This document shows, one piece after another, positions 17,270-25,567 of a DNA stretch of 25,758 nucleotides. The stretch is from a virus (Duplodnaviria > Caudoviricetes). The position numbers and the translations under genes were made by a program. The stretch is from positions 1 to 25,758 of IMG/VR virus record IMGVR_UViG_3300005805_000431; one strand, given 5' to 3'. Below the pieces are notes generated by a model. The model made no database searches. It saw nothing but the letters and a program-made list of their open reading frames with translations, and was not told where the DNA came from. Position 1 is the first letter of the stretch; each line of letters begins with the position of its first letter.

Positions 17270-17511
17270 TAGATTTTCTTTACTCTTGAACCAGGGGCTT
17301 TTGCTGCTCTACCAAGTACATCATTCCATCCAGGATTACGATTGATGAGTTTATCTTTCCACTCACCAACTTCTCCAGGACTTGCACATCCTTGAGACCA
17401 ATCTCTTTGCCATTCAGGATTGTCATTATACCATTGTGTAATATCATGAACACTCATTTCAATTACTTTAGTTTCACCAGTTTCTTTATGCTTTATTGGA
17501 TAAATTGCCAT
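17269..17511 (-). CDS. Conserved cyanophage hypothetical protein upstream of phoH
   Basis: 80-aa ORF with TAATG overlap to phoH; GWNDVL...APGS motif. Confidence 0.75.
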   Translation of the reverse strand: MAIYPIKHKETGETKVIEMSVHDITQWYNDNPEWQRDWSQGCASPGEVGEWKDKLINRNPGWNDVLGRAAKAPGSRVKKI

Positions 17512-17531
17512 AAGATTATCAAATACAAAGA

Positions 17532-17539
17532 TATTTATT
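17532..17539 (-). promoter_or_regulatory. T4-type late promoter
   Basis: AATAAATA overlapping the thyX stop, ending 20 nt before ATG 17511. Confidence 0.6.
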
Positions 17540-18224
17540 CTAAAGTAATAGATGGTGAGTCATTACACTCAGGGCAGTTTTCCCTACCCCATCCAAGGGC
17601 AGAAGAGATTGTAGGGAACTGACAGGTAAAGATGCACCTGATTGCTTCAGCAACCTCCATATGCTCCTTCTGAGTGCCATGTGCACTTCTAAGATCAATG
17701 TAGTGAATCCATGAACGAACACTGCCTGACATATACAAACGAGTTTGTGTAGCTTGTGGCAAAACAAATCTAGCACATTCCTTTGCAACTCCCATATCAA
17801 GCATGTAATTATAAAGTTGTAAAGAAACTTTGAAGTGATTGCTAATTTTTTCTTGAAGTCCAAGTTTTACATAATCACCAAGATCATCCGTAGAATTTTG
17901 ACGATTCTTTTCATCTTGTTTCCTAAGATCTGGTACAGGAATTTCAATTTGAAGTTCTGTACTGTCTGCATACCTTTGTGAAAATTGTTGAAAGGTAAAA
18001 GATCTATGTCGCAGAATTTGAGTAGCAATTGCTAATGAGGTATTAATTTCTACTGTAAGAAATGCATGTTCAAAGATGCTCCAATGCTGATGCTTAATAC
18101 AGTACTTAAGCAGTCCCTCAAAGGAATTGTTATCTTGATTTTTTGGATTACTAACACGAGCACAATAAGCAATGTGCTTTTCTGCATCAGGTGTTACTGA
18201 AATAAGTTTAATTTCTGGTTTCAT
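17535..18224 (-). CDS. thyX: Flavin-dependent thymidylate synthase
   Basis: ARVSNP, HWSIFEH, QILRHRSFTFQQFSQRY (RHRx7S), KECARFVLP and TQKEH motifs. Confidence 0.96.
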   Translation of the reverse strand: MKPEIKLISVTPDAEKHIAYCARVSNPKNQDNNSFEGLLKYCIKHQHWSIFEHAFLTVEINTSLAIATQILRHRSFTFQQFSQRYADSTELQIEIPVPDLRKQDEKNRQNSTDDLGDYVKLGLQEKISNHFKVSLQLYNYMLDMGVAKECARFVLPQATQTRLYMSGSVRSWIHYIDLRSAHGTQKEHMEVAEAIRCIFTCQFPTISSALGWGRENCPECNDSPSITLE

Positions 18225-18385
18225 TTTTTCCCAAATCCTTTATAATCTCTGTGTTCAAGTTTTGAAAGTTCACCTTCAATTACTTCAAGTTGACTTTTCA
18301 TGTACTCCAATTCTTGTGGAGTGTATAATTTAGATTGTGTTTCAGTTGCTTCCTTAAGCATCTTCAACATTTGTTTAAGTTTCAT
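18221..18385 (-). CDS. Small hypothetical protein (54 aa, absent from the ORF track)
   Basis: MKLKQMLKMLKEATETQSKLYTPQELEYMKSQLEVIEGELSKLEHRDYKGFGKK*; ATGA overlaps on both sides. Confidence 0.8.
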   Translation of the reverse strand: MKLKQMLKMLKEATETQSKLYTPQELEYMKSQLEVIEGELSKLEHRDYKGFGKK

Positions 18386-18540
18386 CCAGAAAATACCTCA
18401 TCATAATCTTCAACATATGGACCTACAGAAACATCTTCCTTTTCAATAACCTCATTAGGAACTGATTCAAGTTCTTGCTTTAAAGAATGAATTAACAGTT
18501 CCATATTTTTCACAATTAGTTTTACACGTTCTTGATTCAT
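18382..18540 (-). CDS. Small acidic hypothetical protein (52 aa, absent from the ORF track)
   Basis: MNQERVKLIVKNMELLIHSLKQELESVPNEVIEKEDVSVGPYVEDYDEVFSG*; TAATG overlap with speD. Confidence 0.8.
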   Translation of the reverse strand: MNQERVKLIVKNMELLIHSLKQELESVPNEVIEKEDVSVGPYVEDYDEVFSG

Positions 18541-18866
18541 TATCTTTCAATATAACTAAGGGTATGTGAGGATGATTTTAGTTGCTCTGTGATTATATCA
18601 CATCCTATCTTAGGATTGCAATCCCCACAAGTGTATACATCCACTGCTGCCTTCCCTTCTTCAGGCCAAGTATGAATACTAATATGACTCTCAGATAATA
18701 AACACAATACTGTAACACCTTGAGGGTCAAACTTTTTATAGATTGTTTGACACACTGTTGCCCCTGATGCTATTGCAGCATTTTCTAACAAATCCATAAG
18801 TAAATACTCATCGTTCAAATGAACAAATGAGCATCCATAGAGATTAAGTAAGTAATGCTTTCCCAT
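18540..18866 (-). CDS. speD: S-adenosylmethionine decarboxylase-family proenzyme (pyruvoyl-dependent)
   Basis: GKH, F.PQGVT, LSESHISIHTWPE (E/S autocleavage site) and DVYTCG motifs. Confidence 0.9.
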   Translation of the reverse strand: MGKHYLLNLYGCSFVHLNDEYLLMDLLENAAIASGATVCQTIYKKFDPQGVTVLCLLSESHISIHTWPEEGKAAVDVYTCGDCNPKIGCDIITEQLKSSSHTLSYIER

Positions 18867-19121
18867 TTATTTCTTACTCTTTTTTGAAGTTTGACCATAA
18901 AGTTTTGGATTAACTTTACCATCAGTCCATTTCATAGAAAGAAAATTGCCATACTGATCATAGTAATGATCAAATATAGCAACTTGTGTTCCTTGAACTA
19001 TATCATACAAAATTCTATCTTTATATTCGTATGATACTATGTAAGAATCTAATGGAAGAGTTTTATCCTTTGCTGCAGATTGTTCACAATCTCTATGGAT
19101 AATATTAATTTTATCTTCCAT
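18867..19121 (-). CDS. Hypothetical protein
   Basis: 84-aa ORF tightly packed in the operon; IFDHYYD and NPKLYG motifs. Confidence 0.75.
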   Translation of the reverse strand: MEDKINIIHRDCEQSAAKDKTLPLDSYIVSYEYKDRILYDIVQGTQVAIFDHYYDQYGNFLSMKWTDGKVNPKLYGQTSKKSKK

Positions 19122-19124
19122 TAA

Positions 19125-19559
19125 TCAATCCCAAACTATGTCAGGAAATGCCTCCTGCACCATTACTTTGGTTATCTTAAATCTCTTATGAAGTTGTTTA
19201 TCTTTAACAATACAAAGAAGTTCTGCTTCAGAGTGATGAAGTGATTCTAATACTTGAATAAACATTACCTCTCTTTTTGTTTGGGGAAGATTACTTACTC
19301 CCTTTACAAAATGATTAAATTTTTTCCATTCATGAATCAACCTAGTATGCTCAGTCCCTGCTGGAGCATCATTAGGTGTATAAGGAACTTCCCCTACAGG
19401 AACTGCAGATTCTACTTTAGAATTAAAATTCCAAATAAGAATTGATCTTAAAGCAGGACTATCATAGTGTCTAAGAACTTCAATTTTTTCGTCTTTGGTT
19501 TTACAATTAGAAACTCTTTGAATAACTTCAGACACCAATTGATCTGGTGGCAATTTCAT
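19125..19559 (-). CDS. Conserved T4-like hypothetical protein
   Basis: 144 aa; VPYTPND.PAGTEHTRL and KREVMFIQVLESLH..EAE motifs; GGAG SD. Confidence 0.8.
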   Translation of the reverse strand: MKLPPDQLVSEVIQRVSNCKTKDEKIEVLRHYDSPALRSILIWNFNSKVESAVPVGEVPYTPNDAPAGTEHTRLIHEWKKFNHFVKGVSNLPQTKREVMFIQVLESLHHSEAELLCIVKDKQLHKRFKITKVMVQEAFPDIVWD

Positions 19560-19576
19560 AACTTAATCTCCATTAA

Positions 19577-19801
19577 TTAATCTTCTAAATCTTCCTCTTC
19601 TTCCATGTTTTCAGTATTTTCAAATCTAAAAGCTATGAGTTCATCAGGAACAACATTGCCATCTTGATCAAACATTTCAGGGTGATAGGTATAAGGTTCT
19701 CTTTGTGAAAAATAATCTTTAAGAGTCCATCCAACTAAAGCACCAACTATTAATGACAATCCAACAAACAATACTGAAAAAACAAGAGCTATTGCAATCA
19801 T
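19577..19801 (-). CDS. Small membrane protein
   Basis: N-terminal hydrophobic helix, HPEMFDQDGN motif, acidic tail; AGGAG SD. Confidence 0.78.
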   Translation of the reverse strand: MIAIALVFSVLFVGLSLIVGALVGWTLKDYFSQREPYTYHPEMFDQDGNVVPDELIAFRFENTENMEEEEDLED

Positions 19802-19816
19802 TTTTATTCTCCTATA

Positions 19817-19999
19817 CTACTTTGGTTTTCCTATATTCAAGGAAAAATTAAAGTAGATGGTTATTTTTCTATTTAAGAAAGATACCACCCTTTCAAAACA
19901 TATTGAAAATGTTTTTTTAGTTGGAGTCCTCCTTCTTAAAACTAATTCAACGCCCCTATTAATATTAAGGGTCTTGCCATTATTTATAGAATTAGTCAA
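19817..19999 (-). CDS. Hypothetical basic protein (start uncertain)
   Basis: 60-aa ORF filling the gap; INRGVELVLRRR; ATGA overlap with glutaredoxin. Confidence 0.55.
   Translation of the reverse strand: MTNSINNGKTLNINRGVELVLRRRTPTKKTFSICFERVVSFLNRKITIYFNFSLNIGKPK
19981..19988 (-). promoter_or_regulatory. Consensus T4 late promoter
   Basis: Exact TATAAATA on the minus strand, just after the glutaredoxin stop. Confidence 0.7.
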
Positions 20000-20244
20000 A
20001 GTAAAGAATTTTCCTGCAAATATCTAACTGTATCTGAACATCCCCCAAGATGTTGTTGATTCATAATTATCTGAGGAAATGTTGATCCTTTTCCAAACTC
20101 TGCATAAAACTCTTCTCTGGTGAAGTCAGTATCAAGTTCATAGAAAACCATAGGACATCCTTTTCTAATACTTAAATCATTAAGGATTGTTTTAATTTTA
20201 TCACAATAAGGACATCCCCTTTTGCTGTAAACTGTAAAATTCAT
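19996..20244 (-). CDS. nrdC: Glutaredoxin
   Basis: YSK.GCPYC, TFPQI and LGGC motifs. Confidence 0.92.
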   Translation of the reverse strand: MNFTVYSKRGCPYCDKIKTILNDLSIRKGCPMVFYELDTDFTREEFYAEFGKGSTFPQIIMNQQHLGGCSDTVRYLQENSLL

Positions 20245-20249
20245 AATTG

Positions 20250-21512
20250 TTAAATTCTTACTGGATGTGGACGTTTTTTATCTGATTTAATTGCACATAA
20301 CCATGCATTAGTTACTGCTATATTATCATCCCACCAACTAGTGTCCAATCTAAATTCTTGAAATCTAATTGATGTATTTTTAATAAACTGTGCTTTTTCT
20401 GCTCTGGTATAATACCAAAAACTATTTTGATTCCAATAACTCACATGTGTTGGATCTTGAAATGCTCCTCTACCATCAGTAGATGCAACTTCAATAAATG
20501 CCCAACCACCATCACAAAGAACTCTATGAATTTCTTTCATAGTTTTAATTGGATCTTTTAAGTGGGCAAGAATATGACTGGCATTAATAACACCAACACT
20601 ATTATCTTCAAGAGGAATACCTTCATTTAAATCACAGGTGATGTCACCACCTTCTATATCAATTGTAACATATCCTTCTTTTGGAAACAACCCTGATCCC
20701 AAATCAACTTTTAATAATCCATTCAGATCAGCATCTCGTTCTGCAAGTTGTTGTCCATATTCATGGAACAACTCAAATGTTTTAATTTGAATTGCCTCAT
20801 TTCTTTGGAGTTGAGTATTATCTCCTCCTGGCAAAAATCTATAATAATAAAGAACTTTTGGAATAAAGAAAAATTTAGTATGTAGATATGTTCTGATCAC
20901 CAATTCATGGTCATCACAAATACTTAACTCTGGATTATGTCCACCAAGTTCTTCATAAACACTTTTTCTCCATGCCCTTACATGATCTGGAGCATACCAA
21001 ATAATTCCTATGCTATGACTTGTTGGGGGGAATGCATCAATCTTGATAAAATCTTCTCCCCTAAAATTCATCCATTTATATGTCCACCCATTATTAGAGT
21101 TCCATGGTATTTTATGTTCATCACCTCTCATGTCATAAAGAAGATCTTCACTATATGCAAATCCAACTTCTTGATCTTGAAATGCAATATTAAGTTCTTC
21201 CAAACAATCTTCAGAAAGTAAATCATCATGATCTACTTCAACAAGAATATCACCTTTAGACAAAGAGAATGCTTTATTTTTAACAAACCCAACATTGGGA
21301 TTTGTAACTCCAGTGTAAATTTTTACTCTAGAATCATCTTTTAATTCTTGAGGAATGTGCCCAGGTTTACAATTCCCATTTAAGTAAATAACCCATTCCC
21401 AATTAGCATATGTTTGCAACTTAATTGTCTCATACAATTCCATTAAGAATGGAATATTTTCTTTCTTATGCTCAGGAGTAATAATACTAAATTTATAATT
21501 CATATCAATCAA
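20250..21512 (-). CDS. GT2 glycosyltransferase fused to a class I SAM methyltransferase
   Basis: N-terminal FSIITP, QTYANWEW, EVDHDD, GGH....ICDD; C-terminal VDLGSG, DLNEGIP..DNSV, IHRVL..GG, DPTH. Confidence 0.85.
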   Translation of the reverse strand: MIDMNYKFSIITPEHKKENIPFLMELYETIKLQTYANWEWVIYLNGNCKPGHIPQELKDDSRVKIYTGVTNPNVGFVKNKAFSLSKGDILVEVDHDDLLSEDCLEELNIAFQDQEVGFAYSEDLLYDMRGDEHKIPWNSNNGWTYKWMNFRGEDFIKIDAFPPTSHSIGIIWYAPDHVRAWRKSVYEELGGHNPELSICDDHELVIRTYLHTKFFFIPKVLYYYRFLPGGDNTQLQRNEAIQIKTFELFHEYGQQLAERDADLNGLLKVDLGSGLFPKEGYVTIDIEGGDITCDLNEGIPLEDNSVGVINASHILAHLKDPIKTMKEIHRVLCDGGWAFIEVASTDGRGAFQDPTHVSYWNQNSFWYYTRAEKAQFIKNTSIRFQEFRLDTSWWDDNIAVTNAWLCAIKSDKKRPHPVRI

Positions 21513-22089
21513 AAAAGAACATGTGGAATAATCTAGAATCTTCTACATCTTTACCAAAATATTGTGATGCTGCATGGATACATTTTCCATTAAAAATAAC
21601 TAATCTATTAAAAACATTTCCAATCACATCAACCAATTCAAATTTAGTTCTATCATAGTATCCACCATCAAATGCCTTTTCATATCCAGGATCAGATATA
21701 TGTCTAGCTTTTGTTTCTTTATGTGCATACATTGATGTGCCACATTCAAATGGAGCATCTGGAGTTAAGTATACCATGCCAGCCCATTCTTGATGGTCAG
21801 TATGGTATACAAGAGCATCTTCTGGATTACAAGATTGAAAAACTCCACACATACCATACTCTTCCCAAATATTAATTTTCTGCCCTATGATGTTTTCAAA
21901 TGCTTTTTTAGTTCCAGGAACATAAAATTGTTCTTGGGTTCTTCTACCTTTATAAAATCTAAGATCATCATGAAATTCTTGTTGCAATGCAAATTCCCTG
22001 ACTGCATATGGATCAGAGTAAAAATTATCTACAACAAAAATTCTTTTATTGTATTGTAAATTAATAGTAGTTTGTGTTAAAAAAGACAT
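21505..22089 (-). CDS. 2OG-Fe(II) oxygenase (DUF6445-like)
   Basis: VDNFY.DP..VR, HTD (HxD), WAGMVYLTP, GT, NRLVIF...IHAA (distal His) and RLFHMFFF motifs. Confidence 0.82.
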   Translation of the reverse strand: MSFLTQTTINLQYNKRIFVVDNFYSDPYAVREFALQQEFHDDLRFYKGRRTQEQFYVPGTKKAFENIIGQKINIWEEYGMCGVFQSCNPEDALVYHTDHQEWAGMVYLTPDAPFECGTSMYAHKETKARHISDPGYEKAFDGGYYDRTKFELVDVIGNVFNRLVIFNGKCIHAASQYFGKDVEDSRLFHMFFFD

Positions 22090-22108
22090 TTTAAATAAGG
22101 TTAGTATA

Positions 22109-23197
22109 CTATGCTAATTTTTCTAATGCAAGTTGATGTAAATATTGAGGATATCCTCCAGTATCATAGTATGCACCACTATGAATAAGGAATGCCCTAT
22201 TGGGATATGGGTTCTTTCTGTGTGGTTGATTTAACATGCTAGTGTAAATAAACATTGTTTCATAATCACCAAGATCATAATAAGATTCACACAAACCACA
22301 AAGATGTTCATTCCTATCTGAGCATAGTGATTCACATTTTGAGTATGCTTCAATAGCTTTATCATATTGTTGGCAGAACTTATATGCATTACCAGCAAGA
22401 TATTGTGCATAATATGTCATTTCATTAGCACAATTCATATAATTTACATACTGTTCAAAATAAAAAATAGCTCTACGAGCATATTCTTTTTGATGCTCAT
22501 ACCCTAAAGGAAATACATCCCCACCATAACAGTCGCTATAACTTTTTCCAATGTAGAAAAAATGATAAGTATCAGTTAGCAAAGTATTTTCTGTGACATG
22601 TTGATTCTCTAATTCAACTGCATCTGTCAGAAACTTTGTTGGATTAACCCATGTTTTGCCATCATTAGTGATATAGTGTCTAAATTTAGAAGATAAAAGA
22701 ACTCTTTGGAACTCTTCTTCAGTTGGACCACACCCTGGAAGAATAATACATTCATGACGTTTGTCATGCTTAAACCTCCAAGGAAGATTAGCATTCCATA
22801 TTCTATTTCTACACCAGATAGATCCATCAGTTTTTGCTGTTACATCCCAACTTTGAATAGAAGTATCATCAAGAACACTCCAATCAAAATCATCATCTAC
22901 TTCAATTTGTTCATCTGCATCAATCCTAAGAAGCCAATCACACCCATGATCATGCTTAAAACACTCTTTAACTAAGTCATCACTATTCCAACCTGGATAA
23001 TGCCACTCAGTATTGTAACAATATCCTGGAATGTTTTTTTCTTTAAAAAAGTTTTCAATAACTTCTTGAGTATTATCTGTACCATTACATTGAATAATCC
23101 AATAATCAATATACTGATAGCAAGAATTTAACATTCTTTCTATCACATGGGATTCATTTCCCACCATTACATTTAAACAAATTTTACAGTTTTTCAT
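22109..23197 (-). CDS. GT2-family glycosyltransferase with C-terminal TPR-like helices
   Basis: ICLNVMVGNESHVIERML, GTDNT, LRIDADE (DxD) and HE motifs; helical C-terminus (FYIGKSY, AIEAYSKC...RNE). Confidence 0.82.
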   Translation of the reverse strand: MKNCKICLNVMVGNESHVIERMLNSCYQYIDYWIIQCNGTDNTQEVIENFFKEKNIPGYCYNTEWHYPGWNSDDLVKECFKHDHGCDWLLRIDADEQIEVDDDFDWSVLDDTSIQSWDVTAKTDGSIWCRNRIWNANLPWRFKHDKRHECIILPGCGPTEEEFQRVLLSSKFRHYITNDGKTWVNPTKFLTDAVELENQHVTENTLLTDTYHFFYIGKSYSDCYGGDVFPLGYEHQKEYARRAIFYFEQYVNYMNCANEMTYYAQYLAGNAYKFCQQYDKAIEAYSKCESLCSDRNEHLCGLCESYYDLGDYETMFIYTSMLNQPHRKNPYPNRAFLIHSGAYYDTGGYPQYLHQLALEKLA

Positions 23198-24240
23198 AAA
23201 ATTTCAAGGTCCATAGTTGGAGTGAGAATACTATCAGAGAATCCCATTCTCTTTAATTTATTTGCAGTTCTTGCTATTGTTTGATCAATAGTCAAATATT
23301 TATAGGTTGCAGTTCTTCCAGCGAAAACAGTATTCTTTTCTGATTCCATTAGAGGTTTATACTGCTCAAATTGTTCTAGGTGCTTACCAAAAATCATAGG
23401 ATAGTAAGGATTATTAACACCTTCAACATATTCAACTGGGTATTCCCTGGTTACTATAGTAGTTTCTACTTCTTGATTATACCAGTAAGAATGATCAATT
23501 GCTCTATTCCATTTGTTAGTAGAGTTACATTCATTTAATTGAATGTAAAGAGTTTTTGGACAATAAACATGCTCAAAATTAAGAGACCTGTATGCTAATT
23601 TTCCATATTGGTAATCAAAATATCTATCAACTTTTCCAGTATAAACAAACAAATCACATTTATCTTTAAGATTTCTCCATTCATTTTCAGGAACATTTAC
23701 ATGAACTGGAATATCATCAAGGATACTTTTAAACATATCAACAAAACCATTCTTAGGAAGTCCTTGATATTTTTGTTGAGTAAAAGATCCACCAGTTCCA
23801 GTTCTTCTGACTGGAACCCTATTCAAAATGCTCATGGGAAGTTCTTCCATTTTAACTCCCCACATTTTTTCAGAATAATCTCTAAAAACTAATTCTTTAA
23901 TTTCATTATCAGATAATTTTCTTCCAATAATTTTATCAGAGTTATCGTTATAAGGGATTGGTATTCTACCCAAATTAGTATTAGCCCATACCTGAACAGA
24001 AAAGTCATTGAAAGTGGCAAATTGATTTAACCATCTCCAAACTCTTTCACTATCAGTATGGATAGCATGTGGACCATGTGCATGAACTACACATCCTGTC
24101 TTTTCATCAATATAATCAAAACAATTTCCAGAGATATACTCTCTGGTCTCAAATACCTCTACATTAAAACCATTGTCTTTTAAAATTCTTGCTGATGTTG
24201 CTCCTGCAGTTCCTGCTCCAATTACATATGCTGTTTTCAT
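23194..24240 (-). CDS. glf: UDP-galactopyranose mutase family flavoenzyme
   Basis: IGAGTAG FAD motif, GNCFD, HGPH..HT, YSEKMWG, YQGLP..G, YRSL, REYP, PYYP and GR.ATYKY motifs. Confidence 0.88.
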   Translation of the reverse strand: MKTAYVIGAGTAGATSARILKDNGFNVEVFETREYISGNCFDYIDEKTGCVVHAHGPHAIHTDSERVWRWLNQFATFNDFSVQVWANTNLGRIPIPYNDNSDKIIGRKLSDNEIKELVFRDYSEKMWGVKMEELPMSILNRVPVRRTGTGGSFTQQKYQGLPKNGFVDMFKSILDDIPVHVNVPENEWRNLKDKCDLFVYTGKVDRYFDYQYGKLAYRSLNFEHVYCPKTLYIQLNECNSTNKWNRAIDHSYWYNQEVETTIVTREYPVEYVEGVNNPYYPMIFGKHLEQFEQYKPLMESEKNTVFAGRTATYKYLTIDQTIARTANKLKRMGFSDSILTPTMDLEIL

Positions 24241-24242
24241 TA

Positions 24243-24809
24243 TCAGTATCTAGTGTTGAAAAAGAATGTTTGAAATAATCTACCATTATACATGTCATCT
24301 CCAAAATAATCTATAGATGCATGAAATAATTTACCTGGATATAAAATTAATCTATTATAGATGTTACCTATTCTATCTACAACATCCCATTTAGTATAAT
24401 CATATCCATGTTCTCCATGATCAATGTTATCTATAGATTGTCTATCTCCACTTTCTTTATGTCTATACAATGCAGTTCCACCACTCAAAGGAGCATCAGG
24501 AGTTAAATAACATACTCCAGCCCACATATTATTATAATCAGAATGGATCCAAGTCCTATCCATTGCAGTGCAAATTTGAAATGCTCCAGTATATCCATTT
24601 CCTTCTTCATCAATAAGCCAATCAGTTACTCCACCAGCAGCATGAGAAACTAATGCATCAATAACTTCTTTGATACTATCACTTAGAAATGATCTTGTTC
24701 TCATGCCAGGATAATTTCCACGCACACAAAACTCTTGTTGTAATGCAAAGTTCCTTACTTGATCAGGATCATTATAAAAATTATCTGCAACAATTAAATT
24801 AACATTCAT
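24243..24809 (-). CDS. 2OG-Fe(II) oxygenase (DUF6445-like), paralog of 21505-22089
   Basis: DNFY.DP..VR, YPG.RT, HSD, WAGVCYLTPDAP, NRLILY...FHAS and RLFQTFFF motifs. Start placed at ATG 24809 (MNVNL). Confidence 0.82.
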   Translation of the reverse strand: MNVNLIVADNFYNDPDQVRNFALQQEFCVRGNYPGMRTRSFLSDSIKEVIDALVSHAAGGVTDWLIDEEGNGYTGAFQICTAMDRTWIHSDYNNMWAGVCYLTPDAPLSGGTALYRHKESGDRQSIDNIDHGEHGYDYTKWDVVDRIGNIYNRLILYPGKLFHASIDYFGDDMYNGRLFQTFFFNTRY

Positions 24810-25558
24810 TGCAATATAACTCCAGTTCTGGAACAATATTTAATATTTGGATCAATAAATTTAAATCCATCCCATCCAGGTTCACCTTCAGCAACTCTTT
24901 GCCCATGAAAATATTCACCAATATGATTAACCATCATACCTCCTTCTGATGTTTTTAACAACCCAGCACCAATATTATACTTATTTAAAAGATAATTTGC
25001 AATAACTGATTCTGAAGGGTTGTATCCAGTTTCTTCTAAAATAGGTTCTTTGGCAATCCATGCAGGATATAATGACATTAACATCCAAAAATATGGCGTT
25101 GCTTTTTCATACCTATAATTTTTAAAAATTACATCATCTTCTTTAGCGCCAATTTCTTCTGTTTCATGTCCATACCAATTATTTCTTTTTAATTGGATTT
25201 GAGAAAGAGTATTATCTTGTTGAAGAAGTTCAATCATATCCATTACTTTTAATGGGCACATCAATTCAACATCATCTTCATGATGAAGAATGTAATCATA
25301 ATCCCTATCTTTAACTAAATCAAATAACTGCTGCCATGTTTTGGTTATTCCTAAATTTTCTTTATGCAAAATAATCTCATCATACCCATAATATTCAACA
25401 AACTCTTTAATAAAATTATCATCTCTTCCCATAGGATAATCATCAATAAAAAGATGATGAACATTTAATCCAGAGTAATCAAACTTTTTATTTGCTCTAA
25501 AAGTTTTTTTAAGAAATTCTACTCTATTTGTAGAAAAAACTACATGTAATAAATTCAT
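24806..25558 (-). CDS. GT-A fold glycosyltransferase
   Basis: FSTNR...LKKT, FIDD, NLG, YDYILHHEDD and HIG motifs. Confidence 0.75.
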   Translation of the reverse strand: MNLLHVVFSTNRVEFLKKTFRANKKFDYSGLNVHHLFIDDYPMGRDDNFIKEFVEYYGYDEIILHKENLGITKTWQQLFDLVKDRDYDYILHHEDDVELMCPLKVMDMIELLQQDNTLSQIQLKRNNWYGHETEEIGAKEDDVIFKNYRYEKATPYFWMLMSLYPAWIAKEPILEETGYNPSESVIANYLLNKYNIGAGLLKTSEGGMMVNHIGEYFHGQRVAEGEPGWDGFKFIDPNIKYCSRTGVILQ

Positions 25559-25567
25559 TTTAAACTA

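Noticed and set aside
13838-23892. Antisense or alternate-frame ORFs over gp32, gp59, thyX and the GT cluster (e.g. 17540-17863, 22627-22827)
   Set aside because: They overlap well-supported genes and show no protein-family signal.
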